Source: Candidatus Micrarchaeota archaeon (GTDB taxonomy: Archaea; Micrarchaeota; Micrarchaeia; Micrarchaeales; CABMGC01). Taken from it: a stretch of 64,000 bases of DNA. Location: contig JAGWHC010000001.1 of assembly GCA_028867025.1 (NCBI GenBank), positions 187,695 through 251,694 of the forward strand. The letters are read 5' to 3'. Position numbers and translations under genes: made by a program. Shown here piece by piece: positions 43,800-53,895 of this stretch (position 1 is its first letter; each line of letters starts with the position of its first letter). The notes below the pieces were generated by a model. It saw only the letters and a program-made list of their open reading frames with translations, was not told where the DNA came from and ran no database searches.

Positions 43800-43852
43800 C
43801 TCCAAGACTTTTACTGGCAGTTTCTCCTCAGATTTAAATACTTTTACGCTTC

Positions 43853-44284
43853 ATGTTTCTCGGCGACAGTGTGAAGATACTTGACCTGTTCGGGAAGAAG
43901 GACGCGGCGGTGGAGGTAGGCAGGAGCCTGCCGTACCAGATCGCCAGCGAGTTCATACCCTTCAGGCTCTACGCAAACAGGAAGAGCTCGAGCATGCTTC
44001 TCATGCGGCTGAAAAATCTCACGACCGAGCCGGTGCTAAGCTCGATGGTCATACAGGTGCCGAAGGGCCTAAGCCTTGACGAGACCGGCCTATCAGGAGC
44101 GAAAGAGCTGCGGCTTGGAACGCTTGCACCGGGAGAGGAGAAGCAGGCGCGCGCAGACATATTCGGAGACTCGGGCACTGACAAGGGCGAGTACACTCTT
44201 TCCATCACTGCTTTCATCCACTACCGTGACTATGGCCACGTGCTTAACGCGATGAAGAAAAAGGCGGTGCTAGAGGTCGTGTGA
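43853..44284 (+). CDS. hypothetical protein (143 aa), beta-rich
   Basis: ORF track; no motif recognised. Confidence 0.5.
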   Translation: MFLGDSVKILDLFGKKDAAVEVGRSLPYQIASEFIPFRLYANRKSSSMLLMRLKNLTTEPVLSSMVIQVPKGLSLDETGLSGAKELRLGTLAPGEEKQARADIFGDSGTDKGEYTLSITAFIHYRDYGHVLNAMKKKAVLEVV

Positions 44285-44357
44285 GGTTCACGGAGAGAAG
44301 GCAATAGGTATAAATTGTTAGCTGTATAGAGAAATATGGTGTTTAGAGGGCGACAAA

Positions 44358-44612
44358 ATGGTGAAATATGTAATTGCTGAGCAACTAATCGGCAAGGAGG
44401 TAGTCACAACTGACGGAATAGATCTCGGAAGGTTCCTGGATGCGGAGCTGAATGAGGTCACGGGGAAGCTGACGAGCCTGATCGTCGAACCGAACGCGGA
44501 CAACGAGTTCGTGAAGAGGCTTGATGTCAAGGAAGGCAAGCTCAAGGTTCCCTACGACAGCGTAATGGCGGTCAACGACTACATAGTCGTGGACAGGAAG
44601 AGCGTAACATAA
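44358..44612 (+). CDS. PRC-barrel domain protein
   Basis: LIGKEVVTTDGIDLGRFLDAELNEVTGKLTSLIV...YIVVD pattern. Confidence 0.75.
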   Translation: MVKYVIAEQLIGKEVVTTDGIDLGRFLDAELNEVTGKLTSLIVEPNADNEFVKRLDVKEGKLKVPYDSVMAVNDYIVVDRKSVT

Positions 44613-44668
44613 TAGCTTTTCCCCATTCCTGATAAGGATTTTAAGGTTAGCGAGAGCAAAGTAATGGT

Positions 44669-45373
44669 ATGATAATTGGGGGAGGCGACGAGGCAGGAAG
44701 GGGCGCGGTGATAGGCCCGCTTATCGTAAGCGTCATCTGCGTGAGCAAGGGCAAGGAGAGGCGGCTTTCAGACATTGGCGTACGCGATTCCAAGCTGCTT
44801 ACAAGGAGGAAGCGCGACTTCCTCTTCGATGAGATAAAGGACATCTGCGAAGAGGTAAAATACTACGCGATAACCAATGAGGAGATAAACAGCGCGATGC
44901 GCAGCGGAGTGTCGATAAACCAGCTTGAGGCGATGAGGTTCGCGCAGCTCGTGGACGAGCTGCAGAGCAACATGAAGAGGATGTACGTTGACTCGCCTGA
45001 CGTTCGCGCCGAGAGGTTCGGCATGCGCATAGGCCTATCTTCGAAGAAGCCGATGCAGGTTCTTGGGATCAAGGGCAACGGAAAGCAGAAGGGATCCATA
45101 CGCGTGATATCAGAGCACAAGGCAGACGCGCGGTATCCGGTGGTCAGCGCCGCGAGCATAATAGCGAAAGTGATCAGGGACAGGGAGATGGAGCGCATCG
45201 AAAGGGAGAGCGGCGTCGAGATAGGCTCAGGCTACCCGAGCGACAGGTACACCGTTGAGGCGATCAAGACGAATCTTGCGAGCAAGAGGCTCAACCCCTA
45301 CATACGCGAGTACTGGAAAACGCTCGAAAGGATAAAGCAGAGGAAGATAAAGGAGTTCGAGGGCTTTTCCTGA
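44669..45373 (+). CDS. rnhB: ribonuclease HII
   Basis: GGDEAGRGAVIGPL, YVDSPD and EHKADARYPVVSAASIIAK motifs. Confidence 0.9.
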   Translation: MIIGGGDEAGRGAVIGPLIVSVICVSKGKERRLSDIGVRDSKLLTRRKRDFLFDEIKDICEEVKYYAITNEEINSAMRSGVSINQLEAMRFAQLVDELQSNMKRMYVDSPDVRAERFGMRIGLSSKKPMQVLGIKGNGKQKGSIRVISEHKADARYPVVSAASIIAKVIRDREMERIERESGVEIGSGYPSDRYTVEAIKTNLASKRLNPYIREYWKTLERIKQRKIKEFEGFS

Positions 45374-45488
45374 ACCGACTTACAAGAACTTGTATCTGGA
45401 TTTCGAAATTTTTGTAGAGCTTTATTAAATTATTTGGAGAAATAGATGATGGCAAAAGTATTTTGCTTGATTTTTATAAACAAATGGT

Positions 45489-47882
45489 GTGGGAGTGGCT
45501 TCTGTAGACGACAAGCATGCAGCTGAAAGGGAAGAGGAGGAGCTGAAGGTAGAGGGTACGCACATAGTCGGCATACCCAAGGAAACGCTCGACTTCTTCA
45601 ACGGAGACGAGATACGAGCTCGCGTGTTCTACGAGAAGTACGCGCTTAAGGACGAGAAGGGCAACGTGCTCGAGAAGCTGCCCGCCGAGATGTGGGAGAG
45701 AATCTCGCACGAGCTCGCTGGGGTGGAGACCGACGATGCGAAGAGGGCGGAGTGGCACGAGAAGTTCATGTGGCTGCTCAAGGATTTCAGGTTCGTCCCT
45801 GGGGGCAGGATAATGTTCGGCGCAGGAGCCAGGAAAAAGGCGACGTTATTGAACTGTTATGTCATCCCCATCAAGGAGGATTCGCTTGAGGCGATATTCG
45901 ACTGGTGCAAGGAGGCTGCAAGGACCTACAGCCTCGGCGGCGGGGTGGGCGGCGACATCAGCATACTCAGGCCCAGAGGCGCGCGCGTCAACAACAGCGC
46001 CGTGTTCTCAAGCGGATCTGTGTCGTTCATGGAGATAATGAGCGAGACCACGCACACGATAGGCCAGAACGGAAGGCGCGGGGCGCTCATGATCACGATC
46101 AGCGTCGACCATCCTGACGTGATAGAGTTCATCAGGGTGAAGCAGAACCTCAAGAAGGTGAGGTATGCGAACATCAGCGTGCGCATAACGGACGAGTTCA
46201 TGCGCGCCGTTGACTCGGACAGCGATTTCAAGCTCAGGTTCGACAGCCCGAAGACCGGCAGGATAGAGCGCGTGGTCAGGGCGAGGGCGCTCTGGAACGA
46301 GCTTGTGAAGGCAGCGAGGGACTGGGCGGAGCCTGGACTCATATTCTGGGACACTGTGAAGAAGTACTCGCCGAGCGAGTACAACGGCATGGACGTAATA
46401 ACCACGAACCCGTGCTCGGAACAGCCGCTGCAGCCCTACGGGGCATGCGATCTCGGAAGCCTCAACCTGTCGGCTTTCGTGCTCGACGCTTTCACGGACA
46501 ACTCACGCGTCGACTGGGCGAGCCTGGAGAAGGCAACAAGATACGCGATGCGCTTCCTGGACAACGTGCTTGACTACAATTCTGACAGGCATCCGCTTCC
46601 AGAGCAGGCTGAGGCAGTGGGTAAGAGCAGGAGAACAGGCTTGGGAGTTACGGGACTCGGGGACATGCTTGCGAAGCTCAAGATAAAGTACGACAGCGAT
46701 GAGTCGCTTCAGTTCGTAGACAAGCTCTTCGCAGCGCTCGAAAACGCTGCCTATGACGAAAGCACTGAGATAGCGAAGGAGAAGGGACCGTTCCCGCTTT
46801 TCGACAAGGAAAAGCACCTCTCGATGCCATTCATACAAACCCTGGACGAGGGCCTCAGGCAGAAGATAGCCTCAAACGGCATACGCAACGTGGCGCTGCT
46901 CACAATACCGCCCGTGGGGAGCGGCTCGGTGCTTGCAGGGACGTCGAGCGGCATAGAGCCCATATTTGCGTTCAGCTACACGCGAAGGAGCGAGTCGCTG
47001 AGCAAGGAGTTCTTCAAGGTCTACCACCCGCTCGTGATAGAGTACATGCGCACCGCGGGACTGAAGGACGATGCTAAGCTTCCTGATTTCTTCGTGCCCG
47101 CACACCACATAAAGGCGGAGTTCAGGGTGAAGCTGCAGGGCATAATACAGAAGCACATAGACAGCGCCATCTCGTCCACTGTCAACCTGCCCGAGAACAC
47201 TACAGTGGAGCAGGTGGGCGACATCTACATGATGGCATGGAAGGCCGGATGCAAGGGCATCACGGTTTACCGCGAGGGCTCGCGCGAGGGCATACTCATA
47301 ACCGAAGAGGAGGAAAAGAAGAAGGAGGTGGCGGCGCGCGAGAAGACCCAGCAGGAGGAATGGAAGAGACCGCAGGCGCTTGTGGGCAAGACAGTCAAGC
47401 TGAAGATGCAGCAGACCTCGCTTTACGTTACCGCCAACTTCGATGAAGACGGGAAGATAAAGGAAGTATTTGTCAACATGGGCCACACCGGCAGTCAGGA
47501 GAAGAGCTACACTGAGGCGATAGGCAGGCTCATAAGCAGGTACGTGCAGCTCAACGGCGACCTCAGCGACGTCATCGTCAGCCTGAAGGGGATCAAGGCG
47601 AACGACGCGATAACGTGGGACCGCGGGCTCAAGCTTTACAGCGTGCCCGATGCGATAGCGAAGGCGCTGGAGATAGTGATTGGCAGCACGACCTTCAAGG
47701 CGGTGCCGCTGGAGGAGAAGAGCGCGGGGACGGATTCGGGTTACCAACTGACCGTGGGCGCGGGACCGCACGAAGAGGGAGAGATAAAGCCTGAAAGGTG
47801 CCCGGAGTGCGACGAGCTCACGCTTGTGCACGAAAGCGGCTGCTACACCTGCAGGAACTGCGGCTACACCAAATGCGCGTGA
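45489..47882 (+). CDS. nrdJ: class II (adenosylcobalamin-dependent) ribonucleotide reductase
   Basis: TNPCSEQPLQPYGACDLGS active-site loop; C-terminal Zn ribbon CPECDE...CRNCGYTKC; GTG start. Confidence 0.9.
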   Translation: MGVASVDDKHAAEREEEELKVEGTHIVGIPKETLDFFNGDEIRARVFYEKYALKDEKGNVLEKLPAEMWERISHELAGVETDDAKRAEWHEKFMWLLKDFRFVPGGRIMFGAGARKKATLLNCYVIPIKEDSLEAIFDWCKEAARTYSLGGGVGGDISILRPRGARVNNSAVFSSGSVSFMEIMSETTHTIGQNGRRGALMITISVDHPDVIEFIRVKQNLKKVRYANISVRITDEFMRAVDSDSDFKLRFDSPKTGRIERVVRARALWNELVKAARDWAEPGLIFWDTVKKYSPSEYNGMDVITTNPCSEQPLQPYGACDLGSLNLSAFVLDAFTDNSRVDWASLEKATRYAMRFLDNVLDYNSDRHPLPEQAEAVGKSRRTGLGVTGLGDMLAKLKIKYDSDESLQFVDKLFAALENAAYDESTEIAKEKGPFPLFDKEKHLSMPFIQTLDEGLRQKIASNGIRNVALLTIPPVGSGSVLAGTSSGIEPIFAFSYTRRSESLSKEFFKVYHPLVIEYMRTAGLKDDAKLPDFFVPAHHIKAEFRVKLQGIIQKHIDSAISSTVNLPENTTVEQVGDIYMMAWKAGCKGITVYREGSREGILITEEEEKKKEVAAREKTQQEEWKRPQALVGKTVKLKMQQTSLYVTANFDEDGKIKEVFVNMGHTGSQEKSYTEAIGRLISRYVQLNGDLSDVIVSLKGIKANDAITWDRGLKLYSVPDAIAKALEIVIGSTTFKAVPLEEKSAGTDSGYQLTVGAGPHEEGEIKPERCPECDELTLVHESGCYTCRNCGYTKCA

Positions 47883-47886
47883 TAGT

Positions 47887-48204
47887 GTGAGCACCAAGGT
47901 GGTCTCCGAGAGCGCGTTTAGGAAAAGCGCAAGCGAACTGTTCTTCAACAACAGGGGCATGGCAAGAACGACTATCGAGCTGGGCGCGTTCGAAAACCTG
48001 CAAAAGGATTTCGAGGGCCTTCCGGGACTTGGCAGGTTTCTCGTCATGTTCGGAAACAGGGGCGGCGAGGAGGGGGTGGAGGTGCACGGCCTGGGCAAAA
48101 ATAACGCTGAAGTGTACACCATAGACAGGTTCCATGGAGAACTTCACCACCTGCTCGGGATAGTGGGACGGGACATAGACAGGAGCAGGATGGGCTGCAC
48201 CTGA
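47887..48204 (+). CDS. hypothetical protein (105 aa)
   Basis: In-frame GTG 47887 just after the nrdJ stop (the ORF-track start 47824 lies inside nrdJ); weak support. Confidence 0.35.
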   Translation: MSTKVVSESAFRKSASELFFNNRGMARTTIELGAFENLQKDFEGLPGLGRFLVMFGNRGGEEGVEVHGLGKNNAEVYTIDRFHGELHHLLGIVGRDIDRSRMGCT

Positions 48205-48690
48205 TTAGGTCAGCTTTGCAGTGAGCTGGCCGACGACTGTGTGCGGAAAGCCGGTGGTTGTTTCTGTGTAGTTGACTATGAGGTAGCCCCTGAAGGCTGA
48301 ACCCGCGGTTCCGGAGTACTGGCTGGTGCCTGCCCAGCACTGCACGTTGAAGGTGTAGTTGGCGCCTATCTGCATCTTTATCTGGTTGCTCGGAGGGTTG
48401 AGCGGCTTGTACATGTTCTGCACCGTCTGGTTTGCATTGCAGCCCCAGGCGGTCAGGTTTATCGGAGTGTCTGTGGCCTGGAGCAGGTTTATCGAGGCGA
48501 GCCCGTTGCTCGCTAGGAAAACGCTGACGCACGAAAGCCCTGCGGGAAGTATGCACTGCGAGCTTATCACGTTGCCTGGATTGAAGAGCCCAAGGGCGAA
48601 AAGAGAGACGAGCACGAGGGCTATGACCAAAAGCGCCCAGCTGTAGGTCATCAGGTACTCCATTGCCGCCTGCAGCTTGACCGGTCGCAT
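48205..48690 (-). CDS. type IV pilin-like protein (class III signal peptide)
   Basis: N-terminus MRPVKLQAAMEYLMTYSWALLVIALVLVSLF (Q-A-A-M-E-Y-L-M-T-Y type). Confidence 0.7.
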   Translation of the reverse strand: MRPVKLQAAMEYLMTYSWALLVIALVLVSLFALGLFNPGNVISSQCILPAGLSCVSVFLASNGLASINLLQATDTPINLTAWGCNANQTVQNMYKPLNPPSNQIKMQIGANYTFNVQCWAGTSQYSGTAGSAFRGYLIVNYTETTTGFPHTVVGQLTAKLT

Positions 48691-48746
48691 GATACCTATG
48701 CTACTGATACCCTTTTAAGATTTTTATTGCAAGTGATTCTGATTGC

Positions 48747-49454
48747 ATGTGGGCGCCATTTCTTCTTCAGGCAGCTGCTACGTATGTGACAGCCGGTTCG
48801 GTGTATACGGAGAACACTATCGTGGTACTCATCACCCTGCTGATGATACTGGCGCTTTCTGTGCAGATAGCCAGGAATTATTTCCTAAGGATACTGCGGA
48901 AGTTCACGCTCAGGCTTGCGGCAGACATCTGGTGGCTTGTGTACGTGCTGCTTCGAGACGCCAGCATATTCCTTGTCGTATTCCTCGGCTTCCTGCTCTT
49001 CTGGCCGGCGATATATCAGGATTTCCCGATAGCGGTCCCGTTCGAGCCCCTCGCCATAGACTTCTATGCGATTGCGCTTGTGCTTATGCTGGTTGTGGAC
49101 ACCGACGAGGTGCCTGTGTACAACAGCATGATGACCATACTCGTGCTGATAGGCACAGTGCTCTACATCACAGGAGTGATATTCGTGACCGAAAGCGCGA
49201 CGGCACTGCCGGTTTTGCCGGCTACGGTATCAACAAGCACCAGCAACATCTGGGGCTTCTTCAACGCGAACTTCAACTCGCAGAACAATCCCGACCTCTC
49301 GATATACTCGTTCTATGTCACTTTCGGCATACTCTCGCTGTGCGGACTCGCTGCGGTGCTGTATTCTTTCAAGGGAGGCATACTCAACAGGCTGATAGAG
49401 CCAAAGCCAAAGCCCGCGGTTAAGGAAGCGGTGAACCCGCCGCAGACCAAGTGA
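48747..49454 (+). CDS. integral membrane protein (about 6 TM)
   Basis: ORF track; the overlapping 48743 frame is Arg/His/Cys-rich and was rejected. Confidence 0.6.
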   Translation: MWAPFLLQAAATYVTAGSVYTENTIVVLITLLMILALSVQIARNYFLRILRKFTLRLAADIWWLVYVLLRDASIFLVVFLGFLLFWPAIYQDFPIAVPFEPLAIDFYAIALVLMLVVDTDEVPVYNSMMTILVLIGTVLYITGVIFVTESATALPVLPATVSTSTSNIWGFFNANFNSQNNPDLSIYSFYVTFGILSLCGLAAVLYSFKGGILNRLIEPKPKPAVKEAVNPPQTK

Positions 49455-49460
49455 CTCTGC

Positions 49461-49916
49461 ATGCCTTTCAAGTACACCTTCGATGACAGCAAGTGCATAC
49501 AGTGCGGCATATGCGGAGACGTATGTCCGGTCAACGCCCTTGACTTCACGAGGCCAAGGCACAAGAACGTCGAGGATGCGCGCGGTCAGCCACCATCTGC
49601 GGAGGACATGACCGAGTATCCCATACAAGTAGACAAGTGCATCGGCTGCATGATATGCCCGACCGAATGCCCTGTATCGTGCATAACGATTCTCCCGGTT
49701 CCGAAAGAGCCGAAATACCAGCCGAAGCAGGGACCGATGCTCACTGAGGAGCCCACAAAGGACGAGTTCTCGCTCTCGAAGTACACTAAGGTGAGACCAA
49801 CGAAGGCGAAAGTCAAAGACCCATGGGGCAACGAGTGGCACTACATCCCGCATACAGGACCTAGGGCGGCAAAGAAGCCTTCGGAAGTTTGGGAGAAGCA
49901 CGAAGAGATGGACTAG
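49461..49916 (+). CDS. 2x[4Fe-4S] ferredoxin-domain protein with insert and C-terminal extension
   Basis: CIQCGICGDVCP and CIGCMICPTECP; starts 6 nt after the membrane protein gene. Confidence 0.8.
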   Translation: MPFKYTFDDSKCIQCGICGDVCPVNALDFTRPRHKNVEDARGQPPSAEDMTEYPIQVDKCIGCMICPTECPVSCITILPVPKEPKYQPKQGPMLTEEPTKDEFSLSKYTKVRPTKAKVKDPWGNEWHYIPHTGPRAAKKPSEVWEKHEEMD

Positions 49917-49927
49917 CGGTGCTGTGA

Positions 49928-50524
49928 ATGAGTACTGTGATCATTGTTCATGGTTGGGCTGGAGATTCAGAAAGCGGCTGGCTGCCTTGGCTTGCCGGAG
50001 AGCTAAGGAACAGAAGTGTTGAGGTAATAACGCCAGACATGCCTGATACAAACACTCCGAAAATCGAATCGTGGGTGCCTTTTCTTTCAGGGCTTGTAAA
50101 GGAAGCGAATGAAAACCTGTACCTCGTTGGACATAGCATGGGCTGCCTGACCATCATGAGGTACTTGCAAGACCTGCCTGAGAACGTGAAGATAGGAGGT
50201 GCTGTGTTTGTTGCCGGGTTCAGCAAAACACTTACAGGGTTGAACGATGCTGAGGCGCTCGTAGCGAAACCCTGGCTAGAAACGCCGTTGGATTGGGCGC
50301 GTGTCGCGTCTCACTGCAGCTCATTCGTAGATATTTACTCAGATGACGACCCGTTTGTGCCTGTCAGTGAGGCGCAGATTCTGAGGGACAAGCTCAATGC
50401 AAAGCTTGTGCTGGACTCTGGAAGGGGGCACTTCACCGAAGAGTACGATATCACCCAGTTGCCGTCTGCATTGAACGAGCTACTTGTGGTGATGGGTTTG
50501 CCAGTGGAAACAACGCTTATTTAG
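49928..50524 (+). CDS. YdeN/RBBP9-type serine hydrolase (alpha/beta fold)
   Basis: VIIVHGWAGDS...WLPWL, nucleophile elbow GHSMGC, about 198 aa. Confidence 0.8.
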   Translation: MSTVIIVHGWAGDSESGWLPWLAGELRNRSVEVITPDMPDTNTPKIESWVPFLSGLVKEANENLYLVGHSMGCLTIMRYLQDLPENVKIGGAVFVAGFSKTLTGLNDAEALVAKPWLETPLDWARVASHCSSFVDIYSDDDPFVPVSEAQILRDKLNAKLVLDSGRGHFTEEYDITQLPSALNELLVVMGLPVETTLI

Positions 50525-51416
50525 TCACGATAGTGCAGGAGTCCTTCTCGACTATCACTTCCTTTTCTGCCTGAGCCACGATTCCCCTGCTGCGCTCCAC
50601 AAGCGTTGGGAAGGATTGTATGACTCCGAGGGAGTTTAGCTCATTGAGCGCCTTCCTTATTCCGAACTCGGAGCTGAACTCCTTTGAGAGCCACCTGATG
50701 GCAAACGGGTATGTCTTGTAGTTCTTGTCTATGCTGTATGAGATTTTCCTCGCGTCGGGGGATCTTGGATTGGCTTCGCCGGTTTTCTGGAAAATCTGCA
50801 CAGTGTCGCTATCTGTGACGTAACCTTCGCCGGACGTTATGAACGTCTCGACTGCCACGACTTGTCCTTCTTCGAGCTTCGTTGTGTCGCCGTTGCCGAA
50901 ATTGGGTATGAAGATACTTGCGTGCAGCTCATCCTTCTCGATTGCATGCCCGCCAAGGTTTCTTATCGGCCGAAAACCTTTCTTCTTCGCGATCTGCTCT
51001 ACCTCCCTGCCCACTGAATTGAGCTCCGCGCCTGCCTTGACCTTGCTGAGCGCCGCTTCAAGCGCCTGTTCTGCGGTTTCGACCAAGTTTGCGTACTTGC
51101 CCGAGAGGTCAACTGTAACGGCGCAATCGCCAAGCACGTAGTCAGAGCGCGCACCGAGGTCGACTTTCACCACGTCGCTCTCCGCGAACTGCAGCGCATC
51201 GTTTGCCATCGCGGTGTAGTGCGCTGCGTTGGCGTTTATGGATATGTTGACTGGAAATGCTGAGGCCATGCCCTTGCTTCTCATGAATTCCTCTGCTTTC
51301 TCGCAGACATCGTACACCTTCGCACCTGGTTTCACCAGCCCTTTCGCGTACTGCAGCGCCTCATATGAGACTCTGCCTACGTCCTTCAGCTTTTCGTAAT
51401 CATATTCTTCCTGCAT
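50517..51416 (-). CDS. map: methionine aminopeptidase, archaeal type 2
   Basis: AFPVNISINANAAHYT, KVDLGARSDYVLGDCA, NLGGHAI and AVETFITSGEG motifs. Confidence 0.9.
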   Translation of the reverse strand: MQEEYDYEKLKDVGRVSYEALQYAKGLVKPGAKVYDVCEKAEEFMRSKGMASAFPVNISINANAAHYTAMANDALQFAESDVVKVDLGARSDYVLGDCAVTVDLSGKYANLVETAEQALEAALSKVKAGAELNSVGREVEQIAKKKGFRPIRNLGGHAIEKDELHASIFIPNFGNGDTTKLEEGQVVAVETFITSGEGYVTDSDTVQIFQKTGEANPRSPDARKISYSIDKNYKTYPFAIRWLSKEFSSEFGIRKALNELNSLGVIQSFPTLVERSRGIVAQAEKEVIVEKDSCTIVTK

Positions 51417-53837
51417 CTAAAGCCTCTTCTGTGCTCCGCCCCCCGTCAGCTCCTCCTCGTTTACTCCTAGCTCCTTCAGTATCTTTAGCGTTGCGGGTAT
51501 CACCTGGTGGCTTATGTAGTAGTCGGGATCGTAGTCCTTCGCTGTTTCCTCTATCTCCGCCTTCTCGCTTATCGTGTTGCCGTGCTTCGTTATCACGTAG
51601 CCTATTGCGGCCCCCTCCAGCTCGTCCCTTCTCTTGACGCCGTCGTGCATCGCCTTCTTCGCTGCCGCTAGCTCGGGGCTCTTCACATCGTAGCTGCCTA
51701 TTCCCTTCCTGAGCTGCGTGTGTATCACGAGTTCGCTCATTGGCATCTTCCCGCTCTTCAGCCTGCTCACAACATCTTTTATTATCGCAACTGCCTTCTC
51801 CTGGCTGCCCTCCTTCAGTATCGCCTCCAGAACGGCATGCTGCGTGTCCCTCGCGACCTTCGACCAGTCCCTCCTCACAAGCTCGAATCCCTTGATCTTT
51901 ATCCTGCCAGATTCCGAAAGCATCGCGTACTTCTTCTTGGCCCCGCTCTCTGTGCCGCGCCTGCCGACGAACACTCCGCGCGTATAGAAATCCTCGAGCT
52001 CGAGCTCCATAGTGTTGGGCAGCGAGGCGTTGACCTTCTTCAGGAACGCGTCCGCATCCTGCTTGGTTTTGTCTCCCATTAGTAGGAAAACGCTGTCCGT
52101 ATCGCTGTAAAGCGCCTTGAATCCGGATTTCTCGGCCTGGTCTATGGTGCCGAGTATGAATTGCCTGGCGAAAGCAGTTATGCTTGAAGCAGCCTCTCTT
52201 GAGTACCACCTGGATCTGGCATAGCCAAGATAACCGTAGAACGCGTTTGCGACTATCTTGAGCGCTGTGGATCTCGCGGCGAGAGACTTGTTGTCCGGAT
52301 CTTTCTTGAAGGCTCTCTTCACCTCCGCTCTTTCATCTATAAGCAGTTTGAGAAGCTTCGGCATGAGTCCCTCCCTGTCCTTCCTGAATTTTATGCCGTT
52401 GGGGGATACGAAGAAATCCTTGCAGTCGGTGCATATGGTTGACGAGTCAATGTTATGCGCTATGATTATCGATGGGTACAGGCCTCGGAAGTCGAAGACC
52501 GCTATGTTCTCGTATATCCCCGCTTCCGGGGTCTTGACGTACGCACCCTCGTATGGGTTGGCGAGTCGCATAGCGATCTCGCCCTCGTTTGGCTTGTTGG
52601 GTATCATCTGCTTGCGTTCGTGCCCGTAGCCCATCAGCATGAATTCCACGAGCTGGCTAGTGGTCGATATGCTTGCCTCGCCAAGCGTGGTTCTCGCAAC
52701 CTTTGACATCTCCTGCTCAATAGGAAGGAAGAATTTGTAGAGTTCCTCCACTGCGAGCGAATCCGCAAGCGAGTACTCTGCTAGCTCCGCTATGTCCTCT
52801 CCACCGCGGTCCCACTGCTGCCAGATGCTGCCTTTGTCTACCATCTTCTTCTCCGAGCCGGTTATCGCCCTGTAGACTTCTGGCAATTTGAAGTTGTTGA
52901 CCTTGATGACCTTCTCCGAAGCGCCGACCACCGCGACAAACCTCGCCACGTGGTACAGGTCAAGGTTTATCCTGCCAGGTATCTTCACGTCCTCTATGAG
53001 CCCATGATGTTCCGGCTTGGGCATGCCTCCCTCGTACCTGCCTATCCTGAACTCAACCTTCTGAACGTCTGCCCTCTTGAGAAGGTAGGGTATGTCGAAT
53101 AGCGAGGAGTTGTAACCGGTTATCACATCCGGGTCTATTCTTGTAACGGCATCGACAAACTCCCGGAGCATCTCCCTCTCGTCCTTGCACGTATGCACGA
53201 ACTCGTGCTTAGCTATCTTCTTTGTAGTCAGCACCCTCTTTTCCTTTCCATCCGTGTAGCTGATCATGATCGCGGGATCCTTCAGCTCGTTCGGTATGCC
53301 GAGAGGGTTGTAGGTCTCGATATCGAAGCACAGGTACCTGAGCGGTATCTCACCCTGCTTTTCCGTGCTCCTTATCTCGTCTATCACCAGATCGCCATCC
53401 TGCTCGTGCGCCTTGACTTTGTTGAGCGAAAGCGGCGAGATATCCTTGTCTATCAGGTATCTCTTCCAGAATACAATGTCGGATTCGTAGCATGTGCCGA
53501 GCTCTCCAAGCACCTCGCTCATCTTCGGCACGTGTCTCGGGCTGTTCAGGTAAATTTTGAACGCGCGCCTGTCCTCGCGGCCCACAAGAAGCTTCGCCTC
53601 TTCAACCGACCTCACCTTTATCTCCTCGTTCTCCTTTGAGAGCGCTGTCATCGCCTCGATCGGTTTCTTCTCCTGTTTCTCATCGTTAGGGACAAGGTAG
53701 AAGTAGGGATAGAAGCTAGGGTCGAGCAGGTTGTAGGTCTTGTCCTTCGTCTTCAGTGTGAGCCTGATGATGCCGCGGTTGCCTCTCAGTAGGTAGCCTG
53801 CATCAAGTATGACTCCCTCTAGTTCTAGCTCCCCCAT
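51417..53837 (-). CDS. polB: family B DNA polymerase
   Basis: Exo motifs FDIET and YNSSLFDIPYL; pol motifs DFRGLYPSII, KIVANAFYGYLG and YSDTDS; contiguous, no intein. Confidence 0.95.
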   Translation of the reverse strand: MGELELEGVILDAGYLLRGNRGIIRLTLKTKDKTYNLLDPSFYPYFYLVPNDEKQEKKPIEAMTALSKENEEIKVRSVEEAKLLVGREDRRAFKIYLNSPRHVPKMSEVLGELGTCYESDIVFWKRYLIDKDISPLSLNKVKAHEQDGDLVIDEIRSTEKQGEIPLRYLCFDIETYNPLGIPNELKDPAIMISYTDGKEKRVLTTKKIAKHEFVHTCKDEREMLREFVDAVTRIDPDVITGYNSSLFDIPYLLKRADVQKVEFRIGRYEGGMPKPEHHGLIEDVKIPGRINLDLYHVARFVAVVGASEKVIKVNNFKLPEVYRAITGSEKKMVDKGSIWQQWDRGGEDIAELAEYSLADSLAVEELYKFFLPIEQEMSKVARTTLGEASISTTSQLVEFMLMGYGHERKQMIPNKPNEGEIAMRLANPYEGAYVKTPEAGIYENIAVFDFRGLYPSIIIAHNIDSSTICTDCKDFFVSPNGIKFRKDREGLMPKLLKLLIDERAEVKRAFKKDPDNKSLAARSTALKIVANAFYGYLGYARSRWYSREAASSITAFARQFILGTIDQAEKSGFKALYSDTDSVFLLMGDKTKQDADAFLKKVNASLPNTMELELEDFYTRGVFVGRRGTESGAKKKYAMLSESGRIKIKGFELVRRDWSKVARDTQHAVLEAILKEGSQEKAVAIIKDVVSRLKSGKMPMSELVIHTQLRKGIGSYDVKSPELAAAKKAMHDGVKRRDELEGAAIGYVITKHGNTISEKAEIEETAKDYDPDYYISHQVIPATLKILKELGVNEEELTGGGAQKRL

Positions 53838-53895
53838 TTGATCAACAGCAAAGCCAGTATGATATGGGGAATTCAGGAATAAAAAAGTGCGCCCC

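Noticed and set aside
45374-45488. Cobalamin riboswitch, NrdR-type operator or C/D-box sRNA upstream of the B12-dependent RNR
   Set aside because: Only short palindromes are present (ACAAGAACTTGT, ATTTCGAAAT, CAAAAGTATTTTG), together with an imperfect ATGATGG box without a matching CUGA D box. The gap is too short and lacks conserved riboswitch elements.
46872-48122. Long antisense ORFs opposite well-supported genes: 46872..48122 (416 aa, opposite nrdJ), 16240..17058, 33487..34275, 35699..36436, 26321..27052, 51400..52209, 21219..21959 and many shorter ones
   Set aside because: They are Arg/Leu/His/Ala/Cys-rich with no motifs, and they fully overlap genes with strong family signatures. These are the shadow ORFs expected in G+C-rich, codon-biased DNA.
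41718-53837. Inteins in MCM, class II RNR, PolB (and RtcB at 2460..3899), which are common intein hosts in archaea
   Set aside because: Protein lengths are canonical (about 693, 797, 806 and 479 aa). The conserved motifs are contiguous, with no inserted block carrying C/S...HN splice junctions.
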